From an uncultured Chloroflexia bacterium (lineage in GTDB: Bacteria; Chloroflexota; Limnocylindria; Limnocylindrales; CSP1-4): a stretch of DNA of 64,000 nt. Positions 49,869-59,121 of this stretch are shown piece after piece (within the stretch, counting starts at the first letter, position 1; every line of letters starts with the position of its first letter). The notes under the pieces are model-generated. The model saw nothing but the letters and a program-made list of their open reading frames with translations. It searched no databases and had not been told where the DNA came from. A program made the translations under genes and the position numbers. The stretch lies in NCBI GenBank assembly GCA_963734895.1, contig CAVTIN010000004.1, positions 278,965-342,964 on the forward strand. Reading direction: 5' to 3'.

Positions 49869-51938
49869 CTAGGTTTCTGCCGGCGCCGCCGTGACGTCGA
49901 CCGCGACCGCGTCGACCGGGCCGAGCAGGGCCTCGACGGCCGGTTGCGCATCGGGCGTGGCAAAGATGGAGACGTGATCCCCCGGGGTCAGCCGGAGATC
50001 GCCACGCGGCACGAGCAGGGCCCCGTCGCGTTCGATCGCCACCAGCACGGCCTCGCGCGGCCACGGAATGTCGGCCACCCGGTGGGCCGCGAGCGGCGAA
50101 CCCGGCATGAGCTCGGTCTCGATGATGACGCCGCCGGTCCGCAGCCCCCGGACCTGGCGGATGTTGCCATGCAGCGCCCCACGGTACGCGGACATGGCAT
50201 CGCGCACCGACAGCACCCCCGCGAGCCGGCCGTCCGCCGAGACAGGCGCCCAGGACCGGCGATGATCCGCGAGCGACCCCAGTGCATCGTCGAGGCCATC
50301 GTCGGCGGCCAGGATCGGCTCGCGGACGATCGCGGATGACGGGATCGCGTCGTTCTCGGGCAGGCCGTCCAGCGACTCGAAGTCGACCAGGCCGAGGACG
50401 GTCCCGTCGCGGCCCAGGATCGGGGCACCAGGAGCGCCAAGAGCCTCCAGCCTCGCCCGGGCCGCTCCGACGGTCTCGCCGGCGCTGATCACGACTCGAG
50501 CCTGGCGGGCGGCATCGCCGACCGGGACCGCGGCGAGCAGCGGCATCGCGAACCGGAAGCGGTGCGCGGGCGAGTCCGCGCGGCTGGCCAGCTGGCTGCT
50601 GTAGATCGAGCTCTGTCCGACGATGAACGTCGCCAGGCCAACCGCGACCATCGCGGGCGCCAGCATCGACAGGTTGCCGGTCATCTCGGCCACCATCAGC
50701 ATCACTGCAAGCGGCGCGTGGGCGACGCTGCCGAACAGCGCCATCATCGCGACGATCACGAACGGCGCCGGGTCGGCCGGGATTGCGGGCGCGATCGGCT
50801 CCAGCAGGCGCCAGATCCCGGCGCCCAGCAGGCCACCGACCACCATCCCCGGCCCGAAGATGCCACCCGACCCGCCGGAGCCGATCGACAGCGAGGTCGC
50901 GAGGATCTTGGCGAACGGCAGGGCGAGGATGATCCACAGGTCCATGCCCAGCAGCGTCTGGCGGTCGAGCCCCACCTGGACGAACCCGTAGCCCGTGCCC
51001 AGGGCGCCGGGGAGGATCAGGCCGATGCAGCCGACCGCGAAGCCGGCGACGGCCGGGCGGAGCTCGCGAGGCATCCGCCACCGCCCGAACCACGCCGTGA
51101 GACCGTAGAAGTTGCGGATGTACAGCAGGCCGACGAGCCCGCACACCAGGCCGATCAACGCGTACCAGGGCAGCTCCGCCGGGTTGGAGAACCCGAACCG
51201 CGCCTGGGTCCCGAAGATCGGGCTGAATCCCTCGACGGCGCCGAAGATCGTGTAGGCGACGATGGTTGCGATGAACGACGGCACCAGGGCCTCGGACTCC
51301 ACGTCGTCGCGGTACAGCAGCTCGGCACCCAGGATCGCGCCGCCCAGTGGCGCCCGGAAGATCGCGCCGATGCCCGCCGCCATGCCGACCGCGACGGCGA
51401 TCCGCGCGTCACGCGCATCGAGGTCGAGCGCGCGTCCCAGGAACGAGCCGAACCCGGCGCTGATCTGCGCGGTCGGGCCCTCGCGACCGCCGGACCCGCC
51501 GGACCCGATCGTGATCGCGGAGGCTGCGAGCTTGATGAGGGGGATCCGGGCGCGAATCCCGCGCGGGTTGTGGTGGTACGCGCCGATCGCCGCGTCCGTG
51601 CCGTGGCCCTCCGCCTCGGGCGCCAGCCGGAACACGATGATCCCGGAGATGAGGCCGCCCAGGGCCACCACCAGCGGGATCGCCCACGGCCGGACGGCGT
51701 CGGTGATCGGTACTCCACCCTCCCCGGCCGGGGTCGGTGGGGCGTAGCCGGCGAGCCCGCCCAGGAAGACGTGCGTCGCGAACTCGAGCGACGCGTAGAA
51801 CACGATCGCGCCGAGGCCGCCCACGACGCCGATCAGGGCCCCGAGGACCACCCACTTGCGGAGATAGCTCGCCGAGCGGATCCGCTGCTGGAGCAGTCGC
51901 CGCCAGTTGTTGACCTGGTTCGAAACGACGGCGCTCAC
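49869..51938 (-). CDS. ClC-family chloride channel / H+-Cl- antiporter with C-terminal CBS pair and TrkA-C domain
   Basis: GSGGSGGREGP and GIGSGGSGGIFGP (ClC selectivity-filter motifs GSGIP/GxFxP equivalents). Long C-terminal cytoplasmic region. Confidence 0.88.
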   Translation of the reverse strand: MSAVVSNQVNNWRRLLQQRIRSASYLRKWVVLGALIGVVGGLGAIVFYASLEFATHVFLGGLAGYAPPTPAGEGGVPITDAVRPWAIPLVVALGGLISGIIVFRLAPEAEGHGTDAAIGAYHHNPRGIRARIPLIKLAASAITIGSGGSGGREGPTAQISAGFGSFLGRALDLDARDARIAVAVGMAAGIGAIFRAPLGGAILGAELLYRDDVESEALVPSFIATIVAYTIFGAVEGFSPIFGTQARFGFSNPAELPWYALIGLVCGLVGLLYIRNFYGLTAWFGRWRMPRELRPAVAGFAVGCIGLILPGALGTGYGFVQVGLDRQTLLGMDLWIILALPFAKILATSLSIGSGGSGGIFGPGMVVGGLLGAGIWRLLEPIAPAIPADPAPFVIVAMMALFGSVAHAPLAVMLMVAEMTGNLSMLAPAMVAVGLATFIVGQSSIYSSQLASRADSPAHRFRFAMPLLAAVPVGDAARQARVVISAGETVGAARARLEALGAPGAPILGRDGTVLGLVDFESLDGLPENDAIPSSAIVREPILAADDGLDDALGSLADHRRSWAPVSADGRLAGVLSVRDAMSAYRGALHGNIRQVRGLRTGGVIIETELMPGSPLAAHRVADIPWPREAVLVAIERDGALLVPRGDLRLTPGDHVSIFATPDAQPAVEALLGPVDAVAVDVTAAPAET

Positions 51939-52420
51939 GCGTAGCGCTCGAGCTCGGTGGCCACCGATTGCAGCCCCGACGCGAGGTCGAGATGGCCGCG
52001 GTCCGGAAGGGCCGCGGAAACCCGGCGAAGCGCCGCCCGCCGATGCTCGAGGATCGCGGCCCTGACGACCTGGCCGCGTTCGCTGAGCCGCGCTCGCGTC
52101 GCCCGGCGGTCCTTCTCGTCCACGGCCAGCGTCGTGAGTCCACGGCCCTCGAGCCGTCGCAGCAGACGGCTCGTCGCCGGCAGCGTACCGCCGACCCGTG
52201 CCGCGACCTCGCCGATCCGGGCGCCGTCATCGGCCTCGCCCAGCACGAGGATCGCGCGCCACTGCGGGAACGTGAGCTCGAAACCGGCGTCCGCGCTCGC
52301 GAGGGACAGCGTGGTCAGGCCGACGGCACCAACCACGATCCGCTCGAGGTCGTTGGTGAGTGTGTCGGCGTCGGGATCGTCGGCGCTTCGGCGCCGCGTT
52401 GATGGTTCGAGAGTCGTCAT
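51935..52420 (-). CDS. MarR-family transcriptional regulator
   Basis: TFPQWRAILVLGEADDGARIGEVAARVGGTLPATSRLLRRLEGRGLTTLAVDEKDRRATRARLSERG (winged HTH). Stop overlaps the ClC start. Confidence 0.8.
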   Translation of the reverse strand: MTTLEPSTRRRSADDPDADTLTNDLERIVVGAVGLTTLSLASADAGFELTFPQWRAILVLGEADDGARIGEVAARVGGTLPATSRLLRRLEGRGLTTLAVDEKDRRATRARLSERGQVVRAAILEHRRAALRRVSAALPDRGHLDLASGLQSVATELERYA

Positions 52421-52540
52421 GCCCTGATCATAGGGGACACAAGCCGGGTGGCTACTAAATGGCCCGGGAGCGGCTCGGCGACGGCGGTGGGCGGCTCGGC
52501 GACGGCGGTGGGCGGCGTTCGTCGCCGGTAGCATCATCAG

Positions 52541-53653
52541 GTGGACCTTGTCACGCTTGCCCTGTTCGTGGTGGGGCTCGTGGTGCTCGTGGCCGGTGCC
52601 GAGGCGCTGGTCCGGGGTGCCAGCCGCCTGGCGACTGCCCTCGGGGTGCGGCCCCTGGTCGTCGGCCTGACGGTCGTCGCGTTCGGGACCAGCGCGCCCG
52701 AGCTTGCGGTCGGCGTCGGATCGGCGATATCGGGCCAGCCGGACATCGCGCTGGGCAACGTCGTCGGCAGCAACATCGCGAACATCCTGCTGGTGCTGGG
52801 CCTGGCGGCCGTGGTCGTCCCGGTCGCCACCGCGACTCGGGTCGTGCGGCGAGAGGTTCCGATCATGATCGCCGCCTCGCTGCTGCTGTGGCTGATCGCG
52901 GTGTCGGGGCGGATCGAGCGCATCGAGGGCCTGCTGTTGCTGGCCGGGATCGTCGCCTACATCGTGTTCCTGGCGCGGACCAGCCGGCGTGCGACGGTCG
53001 CCGTGCGCGCGGAGTTCGCCGCCGAGTTCGCCGCCGGCGTCGACCAGCGGTCGCGGGGCATCGCGGCCAGCCTCGGCCTCGGAGCGGCCGGCCTCGTCGG
53101 GCTGATCGTGGGCGCCAGCTGGATCGTGGATGGCGCGGTCGCGCTGGCCACGACCCTGGGCATCCCGGAGGTGATCGTCGGTCTCACGGTGGTGGCCGTC
53201 GGGACGTCGCTGCCGGAGATCGCGACGTCCGTTGCCGCGGGCCTCCGTGGCCATCGCGACATCGCGGTCGGCAACGTGGTGGGCAGCTGCATCTTCAACA
53301 TCCTGCTGGTGCTCGGGGTCACGGCGGTGGTATCGCCGGAGCCGATCCCGATCTCGCCGTCGCTGCTGGCGGTGGACCTGCCGCTGATGGTCGCGGCCGC
53401 GCTCGCGTGTCTGCCGATCCTGTACACGGGCCGCCTCGTCTCCCGGCGCGAGGGGGTGCTGCTTGTCGCGTTCTACGTCGCCTACCTGGCGTACCTGGTC
53501 CTTCTCGCGAGGGGCGACCCTTCGGGGCCCGACGCCGGACGAATCTTCGTGTTCGGGGCCATCCCGATCGCCGGGGTCGGGCTGGCCGTCCATGCGCTTC
53601 GCGAGCGGGCGCGGGAGCGCGCGCTCGGAACGCCGATCTCGGGGGCCGATTAG
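52541..53653 (+). CDS. CaCA-family Na+/Ca2+ (K+-dependent) exchanger (YrbG-like)
   Basis: Two alpha-repeats: GLTVVAFGTSAPELAVGV and GLTVVAVGTSLPEIATSV, each followed by NVVGSNIANILLVLG / NVVGSCIFNILLVLG. Confidence 0.9.
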   Translation: MDLVTLALFVVGLVVLVAGAEALVRGASRLATALGVRPLVVGLTVVAFGTSAPELAVGVGSAISGQPDIALGNVVGSNIANILLVLGLAAVVVPVATATRVVRREVPIMIAASLLLWLIAVSGRIERIEGLLLLAGIVAYIVFLARTSRRATVAVRAEFAAEFAAGVDQRSRGIAASLGLGAAGLVGLIVGASWIVDGAVALATTLGIPEVIVGLTVVAVGTSLPEIATSVAAGLRGHRDIAVGNVVGSCIFNILLVLGVTAVVSPEPIPISPSLLAVDLPLMVAAALACLPILYTGRLVSRREGVLLVAFYVAYLAYLVLLARGDPSGPDAGRIFVFGAIPIAGVGLAVHALRERARERALGTPISGAD

Positions 53654-54273
53654 CCCGCGAGCAGCAATCGGCGAAGCGAACGCGCGAGCCAGGCCTCGTA
53701 CGCATCGGGCGACCAGCCCAGCCCGCGCACCAGCTCGATGTACACATCGGGCAGCGTCAGCGCATCCAGCGCGGCCATCGCGTCGTCGGTCTCGAGACCG
53801 GGTCGCAGGCCCGGTCTGAACGCGTCGACCAGGGCGCGCAGGCCGACGCGCCGACGCTCGTACGGCATGTTCGCGTCGGCACGCAGCTCGGCGTCGGTCG
53901 AGCCTGCCTCGCGGCGGACCAGGACGACGTCTGCACCGACCTCCCAGCGGATCCGGATCGACGCTGCGAACGTGTCGAGGGCGGCCCCGGCGTCGCCTGC
54001 CCCGGCGGACGCCATCGCCGCGCGGTAGCGCTCGTCGGCATCGGGCAGGAACACGATCGAGTCCCGCAGCTCGCGCAGGATCCCGGGCTTGGAGTGGTAC
54101 ACGGCGTACACCGTCTGCACGGCGACCCCGGCCTCGTCGGCGATCGCCTGGAGGGTGGTGGCGCCATAGCCATCGCGCACGAACAGCAGGCGGGCGGCGT
54201 CCGCGATGCGGCGACGGGTGACCGCAGCCTGCTCGGCGCGCAGGGTTGGCCTCGGGTTGACAGTCTGTGACAT
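53650..54273 (-). CDS. TetR-family transcriptional regulator
   Basis: RRRIADAARLLFVRDGYGATTLQAIADEAGVAVQTVYAVYHSK (TetR N-terminal HTH). Confidence 0.85.
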   Translation of the reverse strand: MSQTVNPRPTLRAEQAAVTRRRIADAARLLFVRDGYGATTLQAIADEAGVAVQTVYAVYHSKPGILRELRDSIVFLPDADERYRAAMASAGAGDAGAALDTFAASIRIRWEVGADVVLVRREAGSTDAELRADANMPYERRRVGLRALVDAFRPGLRPGLETDDAMAALDALTLPDVYIELVRGLGWSPDAYEAWLARSLRRLLLAG

Positions 54274-54350
54274 GTCGCTATAGTGCCACTCTACTCGTTA
54301 GAGACGAACTCTATCTCGTGGATACCGACCCCAGGAAGGGAGTCTGCCAG

Positions 54351-54515
54351 ATGCTCGAGGCACCAACCAGCATTGACGTGGCCGGCCGGATGCACCGGCT
54401 GATCGAGGAGGGGTTCGCCAACAACGATCGGGTGATCATCGACGAGCTGATCGCCCCGGACTGCATCGAGCACCAGCGTGGTCATGCGCAGGGTGCCAAG
54501 GGCAGTGGAGGGTGA
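54351..54515 (+). pseudogene. Truncated SnoaL-like / ester-cyclase (NTF2-fold) N-terminal fragment (54 aa)
   Basis: MLEAPTSIDVAGRMHRLIEEGFANNDRVIIDELIAPDCIEHQRGHAQGAKGSGG-stop. Matches only the first third of the roughly 130-aa ester-cyclase family. RBS GGAAGGGAG upstream. The stop overlaps the FMO start. Confidence 0.45.
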
Positions 54516-55651
54516 GTGAGATGGTGTCGACGATGGCCGAGCGTCACGACGTGGTCGTGGTCGGCGGGGGACAGGCGGGTCTCGCGACGTCCCACCACCT
54601 GGCCCAAGCGGGCATCGAGCACGTCGTTGTCGATGCCGGTGCCCGGGTGGGCGATGCCTGGCGCGACCGCTGGGACTCCCTGCGTCTGTTCACGCCTGCC
54701 AGGATCGACGAGCTGCCCGGGACGCCGTTTCCTCTCCCCGACACTGGCATGCCGACCAAGGACCAGATGGCCGACTACCTCGGCGAGTACGCCGCGCACG
54801 ACCACGCGCCGATCGAGCATGGCGTGCGAGTCAACAGCCTCGACCGCTCCGGTGACCGGTTCACCCTCACGGCCGGTGACCGACGGTACGAGGCGAGCGA
54901 GGTCGTCGTGGCCACCGGGTTCCTGTCCGCGCCCTTCGTCCCACCGTTCGCCGCCACCCTCGATCCGGCCATCCGGCAGGTCCACAGCGCCGACTACCGG
55001 AACCCGGGATCTGCGCCCGGTGCCTCGGTCCTCGTCGTCGGTGGCGGCAACTCGGGGGTGGAGATCGCCCTGGAGCTGGCCGGTGCCGGCCGTCGGGTCA
55101 GCCTGGCCGGAAAGAGCACCTTCCTGCCGCGCATTGCCCGCATCCGGGACGGGCGCCCGTTCTTCGCGTTCGCGCGGCGCGTGCTCACGCTCGACACGCC
55201 GATCGGGCGCCGCATGGGCGAGCGGATGAGCGACCATGGCTCTGCCCCGGTGATCCGCGTCCGGCAATCGGACCTGGACGGCGCCGGCGTCGACCGCGTG
55301 CCGCGAGTGGACGGGGTGCGGGATGGCCGGCCCGTCCTCGCCGACGGGCGGGTGCTCCAGGTCGACTCGGTCGTGTGGTGCACGGGCTTCCGTCCTGCGT
55401 TCGACTGGATCCGCCTGCCGGTGCTCGAGCCGGGCGGCCTGCCACGGCATGAGCGAGGCGTGGTCGCGGACGAACCCGGGCTGTCGTTCGTCGGGCTGCC
55501 CTTCCAGACCGGCTTCCTGTCGCCGCTGGTTGGCGGCGTGGGTGCCGACGCCGCCGAGATCGTGGACGGGATCGCGACGCGCATCGCCGGCCGGCGGACC
55601 CGAACCACGGCAGGGACCCTGGTGAGGGCTGGCGAGGCGACGTCGAGCTAG
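54512..55651 (+). CDS. Flavin-containing monooxygenase / pyridine nucleotide-disulfide oxidoreductase (CzcO-like)
   Basis: DVVVVGGGQAGLATSHHL (FAD GxGxxG) and VLVVGGGNSGVEIALELA (second GxGxxG). Divergent from the TetR gene. Confidence 0.8.
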   Translation: MSEMVSTMAERHDVVVVGGGQAGLATSHHLAQAGIEHVVVDAGARVGDAWRDRWDSLRLFTPARIDELPGTPFPLPDTGMPTKDQMADYLGEYAAHDHAPIEHGVRVNSLDRSGDRFTLTAGDRRYEASEVVVATGFLSAPFVPPFAATLDPAIRQVHSADYRNPGSAPGASVLVVGGGNSGVEIALELAGAGRRVSLAGKSTFLPRIARIRDGRPFFAFARRVLTLDTPIGRRMGERMSDHGSAPVIRVRQSDLDGAGVDRVPRVDGVRDGRPVLADGRVLQVDSVVWCTGFRPAFDWIRLPVLEPGGLPRHERGVVADEPGLSFVGLPFQTGFLSPLVGGVGADAAEIVDGIATRIAGRRTRTTAGTLVRAGEATSS

Positions 55652-56172
55652 GGCTGGCTGCGGGCCGGGCCAGCGGTCCCGTCTTCCATGGTCTGCCGGG
55701 TCTCGTCCAGGCGCCGCTCGATTCGCTCCAGCCGGTCCGCGATCTCGGTGAGCCGATCCTCGGTCCGGTCCTCGGCCCGTCGTTCCTCGGCCCGATCCGC
55801 CGCACCGAGGCGGCGCTGCGATGCCTCCACGAAGGTTGCCGTGATCGCGGCGGTGATGATCGTGACGAACCCGATCGCCGTGAGCATCACGGCCGCCGTC
55901 GCGAGGCGGCCCACGATGTCGCTCGGGGTGACGTCACCGTAGCCCACGGTCGTGACCGTCTGGAGGCTGAACCACAGGGCCGTCCCGTAGTCGGGGAAGT
56001 CGCGCCGGTCGAACAGCCAGATGACGGCGCTGCCGGCGAGCACGGTCGCCACAGTGACGCCGATCACGAGCCGGACGGCGTTGCCGATCGAGGTCGGCTC
56101 CTCGAGGAAGCGGCGGTAGGCCCGGCGGAGCGGGACGGGGGGCTTGACGTGCATCGTGTCCGAGTATCCCAC
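55648..56172 (-). CDS. 2-TM potassium channel-like protein (ion_trans_2), KcsA-like
   Basis: ALWFSLQTVTTVGYGDVTP (TVGYGD selectivity filter) flanked by two TM helices. Charged helical C-terminal tail (RLTEIADRLERIERRLDE). Confidence 0.8.
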   Translation of the reverse strand: MGYSDTMHVKPPVPLRRAYRRFLEEPTSIGNAVRLVIGVTVATVLAGSAVIWLFDRRDFPDYGTALWFSLQTVTTVGYGDVTPSDIVGRLATAAVMLTAIGFVTIITAAITATFVEASQRRLGAADRAEERRAEDRTEDRLTEIADRLERIERRLDETRQTMEDGTAGPARSQP

Positions 56173-56216
56173 CCGCCGTCGGCGGCGCGCCCGCGGGCGG
56201 CTTTCGGGCGGGGATT

Positions 56217-56690
56217 ATGCTGTTGCCGATGAGTGGTCCGAAGGAGCTGTCGCGCGACGAGTGGGAGTCGCTCCTGCACGCCCCCTTCTGCGTCTACTCG
56301 GCCCTGGTGGCGACCGAGCCGGAGGTCACGGAAGCCCAGTTCCGGTGCCTCCGCGAGGAGGTTCTGGCCGCCCGGCAGACGTTCGCGGACGGAACCATGG
56401 GCCGAACGCTGGCCGAGTCCGTGGCCGCGAACCTCGACGTGCTCTGGTCGGCGTACCAGAACTCGGGGCGACACCCGGGCGATGACCTCAAGCGTGCGCG
56501 CAAGGCACTGGACAAGGTCCCGGATGAGGAGTCCACCGCAATCCGCGACTGGCTGATCGTGCTGGGCATCCGTTTGGCGCGGGCGGACCGGACGGTCGGC
56601 GAGCCACCGGTCTCGCACGAGGAGGTCTCGGCAATCCGGGACATCGCCGGCTGGCTGAAGCGGCCGATCCCCCCGCTCGGCGAGGCCTGA
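56217..56690 (+). CDS. Hypothetical protein
   Basis: 157-aa ORF with coding-like GC3. No family recognised. Confidence 0.4.
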   Translation: MLLPMSGPKELSRDEWESLLHAPFCVYSALVATEPEVTEAQFRCLREEVLAARQTFADGTMGRTLAESVAANLDVLWSAYQNSGRHPGDDLKRARKALDKVPDEESTAIRDWLIVLGIRLARADRTVGEPPVSHEEVSAIRDIAGWLKRPIPPLGEA

Positions 56691-57002
56691 CCCTCCGGCT
56701 CGGGGCCACACGCGGGAGCGCGACCGTCATCCGCGGGAGCCGTTGTCACGTATCTCTCGTTGTCACGGACCTCTCAGAGACGATCCGGAAACTGTCCGGG
56801 GGCCACTCGAGCACGGAGCGCGCGGCGCTCGTCGCGCACACGCCACGGAGTACAGCCAGGGATGGCCGCTCATCGAAACGTGGCGAGCCGGATGGCCGTC
56901 GTGGTCATCTGGTCCTCCATTCCGATGGGGAGGTTTGCCGGAATTCGCGGATCCAGGGACTGCGTGCCAGGCCACACCCTGGCTCGTGCGCCGTGCCGGC
57001 CG

Positions 57003-57902
57003 TCAGCCGAACCAATTCCGCAGCGGACCCACCACGGCCTCTGCGAGCTGGTCGACCCCGGATGGCCCGCTGTTCGGATCCAGGTACAGGATCACGTGCG
57101 AGCAGCCTGCGGAGACCAGTCCGGAGCACGCATCAAGTGCAGATTCCGGCTCCCCTGGATCCACGTGCACCTGTGCGGAGATCTCGATCGTCGCCGGATC
57201 GCGCCCGAGCTGGTCCGCATGACGGAGCAGGGCCAGTCGCTTGCGGGTGAATGCTTCGAGCCCCCCGACTCCCGAGAAGTTCCACCCGTTCGCGAGCTCC
57301 GCGACGATGCGCAGGCCGACCTGTTCTCCCTGGACGCCGAGCCAGATCGGCATGGCGGAACCCTGCACCGGTCCGGGGTCGTTGCGGGCATGGAGCAGTC
57401 GATAGGGAGGGGCGTCCAGACTCACACCGCCCGTCGTCCGACTGCTGGATCCGTCCGCCGGCCACATCGCAGCCTCGGGCTCGGAGAGGGCGCGGATCAC
57501 GCGCACCGCGGACCGAAGCGCGTCGAGACGATCACGGATCGGGGCGAGGTCCAGCCCGAACGCCTCGGTCTCGGGCACGTGCCACCCGGCGCCCAGTGCG
57601 AGCGTGAGGCGACCGGCCGTCACGTGGTCCAGGGTCGCCGCCATCTTTGCGAGAAGGGCCGGGTGGCGATACGGATTGGCTGCGACGAGCACGCCGACGC
57701 GGGCTCGAGGGACGAGCGGCGCCAGGGCGGTAAGCGCCACGAACCCCTCGAAGCAGCTGCCGTCCCCATCGTTCGGGTAGATGTGGTCGTACAGCCAGGC
57801 GGAGTCGAAGCATCCGAGCTCGCCGGCGCGACGCCAGACCGCGGCAAGCTCGTTCCAGCCGATGCGGATCGGTGCCGTCTTGAACCCGATCCTCGGAGCC
57901 AT
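57003..57902 (-). CDS. LLM-class (luciferase-like) F420-dependent oxidoreductase
   Basis: MAPRIGFKTAPIRIGWNELAAVW...FDSAWLYDHI...LTALAPLVPRARVGVLVAANPYRHPALLAKMAATLDHVTAGRLTLALGAGW. N-terminal 72 aa of the longest ORF rejected. Confidence 0.8.
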   Translation of the reverse strand: MAPRIGFKTAPIRIGWNELAAVWRRAGELGCFDSAWLYDHIYPNDGDGSCFEGFVALTALAPLVPRARVGVLVAANPYRHPALLAKMAATLDHVTAGRLTLALGAGWHVPETEAFGLDLAPIRDRLDALRSAVRVIRALSEPEAAMWPADGSSSRTTGGVSLDAPPYRLLHARNDPGPVQGSAMPIWLGVQGEQVGLRIVAELANGWNFSGVGGLEAFTRKRLALLRHADQLGRDPATIEISAQVHVDPGEPESALDACSGLVSAGCSHVILYLDPNSGPSGVDQLAEAVVGPLRNWFG

Positions 57903-57969
57903 GTCCGGTGAGCCTGCCGGCCCCAGCTCCCGATTGGCCACCAGGGGGTCTCCGTCTCGAGGGGTCGAC

Positions 57970-59121
57970 CTATGCACTGTCCGGGTGCGGGATCGCGAGG
58001 TCGGGTCGTGTCCCAGCGGATTCGCGCCGACTCGTGGACGATTCCCGCGGATCGCTCGGGAGGTGTGATCGAGTGGTCTTGTGCGGATCGGCCACCCTGT
58101 GGGTGCAGGGGTCGACATGAACGGTCACGTCGGTGATCCGGGGCACGGCATGGAACACGCTGTGGCGAACCGACTCCGCAATCGCGTGGCTCTGGATCGT
58201 CGGGATGTCCGAGTCCACCACCACGTGCGCCTCGACTTCGAGGTCGTGCCCGATCCACCGGATCCTCACGCTTGACACGTCCTCGACTCCGGGGACGTGC
58301 GCCGCCTGCTCCACGGCATCGGTGAGGGCCGGGTCGACCGCGTCCATCAGCCGGCCGAATACCTGCTTCGCCGCATCCTTGAGGATCCACAGGATCGCGA
58401 CCGTGATGAGCAGGCCCACGATCGGGTCTGCTTCCGGGAACCCCAGCCAGACACCCGCAGCCCCGACAACCACGGCCAGTGACGTCAGGCCGTCGGTCCG
58501 TGCGTGGTAGCCATCAGCCACAAGCGCTGCTGATCCGATCTTCTTGCCGATCCGGATCCGATAGACGGCAACGGCCTCGTTTCCCGCGAAGCCGATGAAC
58601 CCGGCGATCGCCACGAACGCGAGGTTCGTCAGGACGCTCGGGTGCACGAGCCGGTCGATCGAGGTCCAGGCGGCCAGGATCGACGAGCCGATGATCATGA
58701 CCAGCACGAACAGAGCCGCGATGTCTTCAGCGCGCCGGTATCCGTACGTGAACCGCTTGGTCGCAGCTCTCCGCCCGATCGAGAACGCGATCCAGAGGGG
58801 AATGGCCGTGAGCGCATCCGAGAAGTTGTGGATCGTGTCTGCCAGCAGTGCGATCGAGCCGCTGACAAGGACCACGCTCACCTGCATAGCGCTCGTCGCC
58901 AGCAGGCCCAGCAGTGAGATCTTGACCGCCCGGATGCCCTGTGCGCTGGCCTCGAGCGCTGCGTCCACCATATCCGCCGAATCATGGCTGTGCGGAGCGA
59001 ATACCGACTGGAACAGCCCGACGATCCCGCCGCGATGGACGTGGTCGTGGTCGTGGTCGTCGGGGCCATGACCATGACCGTGGTCCTGCGCCGAGTGGTC
59101 GTGGTCCTCAGCGTTGCTCAT
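57970..59121 (-). CDS. Cation-diffusion-facilitator (CDF) metal efflux transporter with His-rich N-terminus and a long C-terminal tail
   Basis: MSNAEDHDHSAQDHGHGHGPDDHDHDHVH. Six TM segments with CDF signatures (HNFSDALT in TM2, ADGYHARTDGLTS in TM5). Confidence 0.85.
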   Translation of the reverse strand: MSNAEDHDHSAQDHGHGHGPDDHDHDHVHRGGIVGLFQSVFAPHSHDSADMVDAALEASAQGIRAVKISLLGLLATSAMQVSVVLVSGSIALLADTIHNFSDALTAIPLWIAFSIGRRAATKRFTYGYRRAEDIAALFVLVMIIGSSILAAWTSIDRLVHPSVLTNLAFVAIAGFIGFAGNEAVAVYRIRIGKKIGSAALVADGYHARTDGLTSLAVVVGAAGVWLGFPEADPIVGLLITVAILWILKDAAKQVFGRLMDAVDPALTDAVEQAAHVPGVEDVSSVRIRWIGHDLEVEAHVVVDSDIPTIQSHAIAESVRHSVFHAVPRITDVTVHVDPCTHRVADPHKTTRSHLPSDPRESSTSRRESAGTRPDLAIPHPDSA

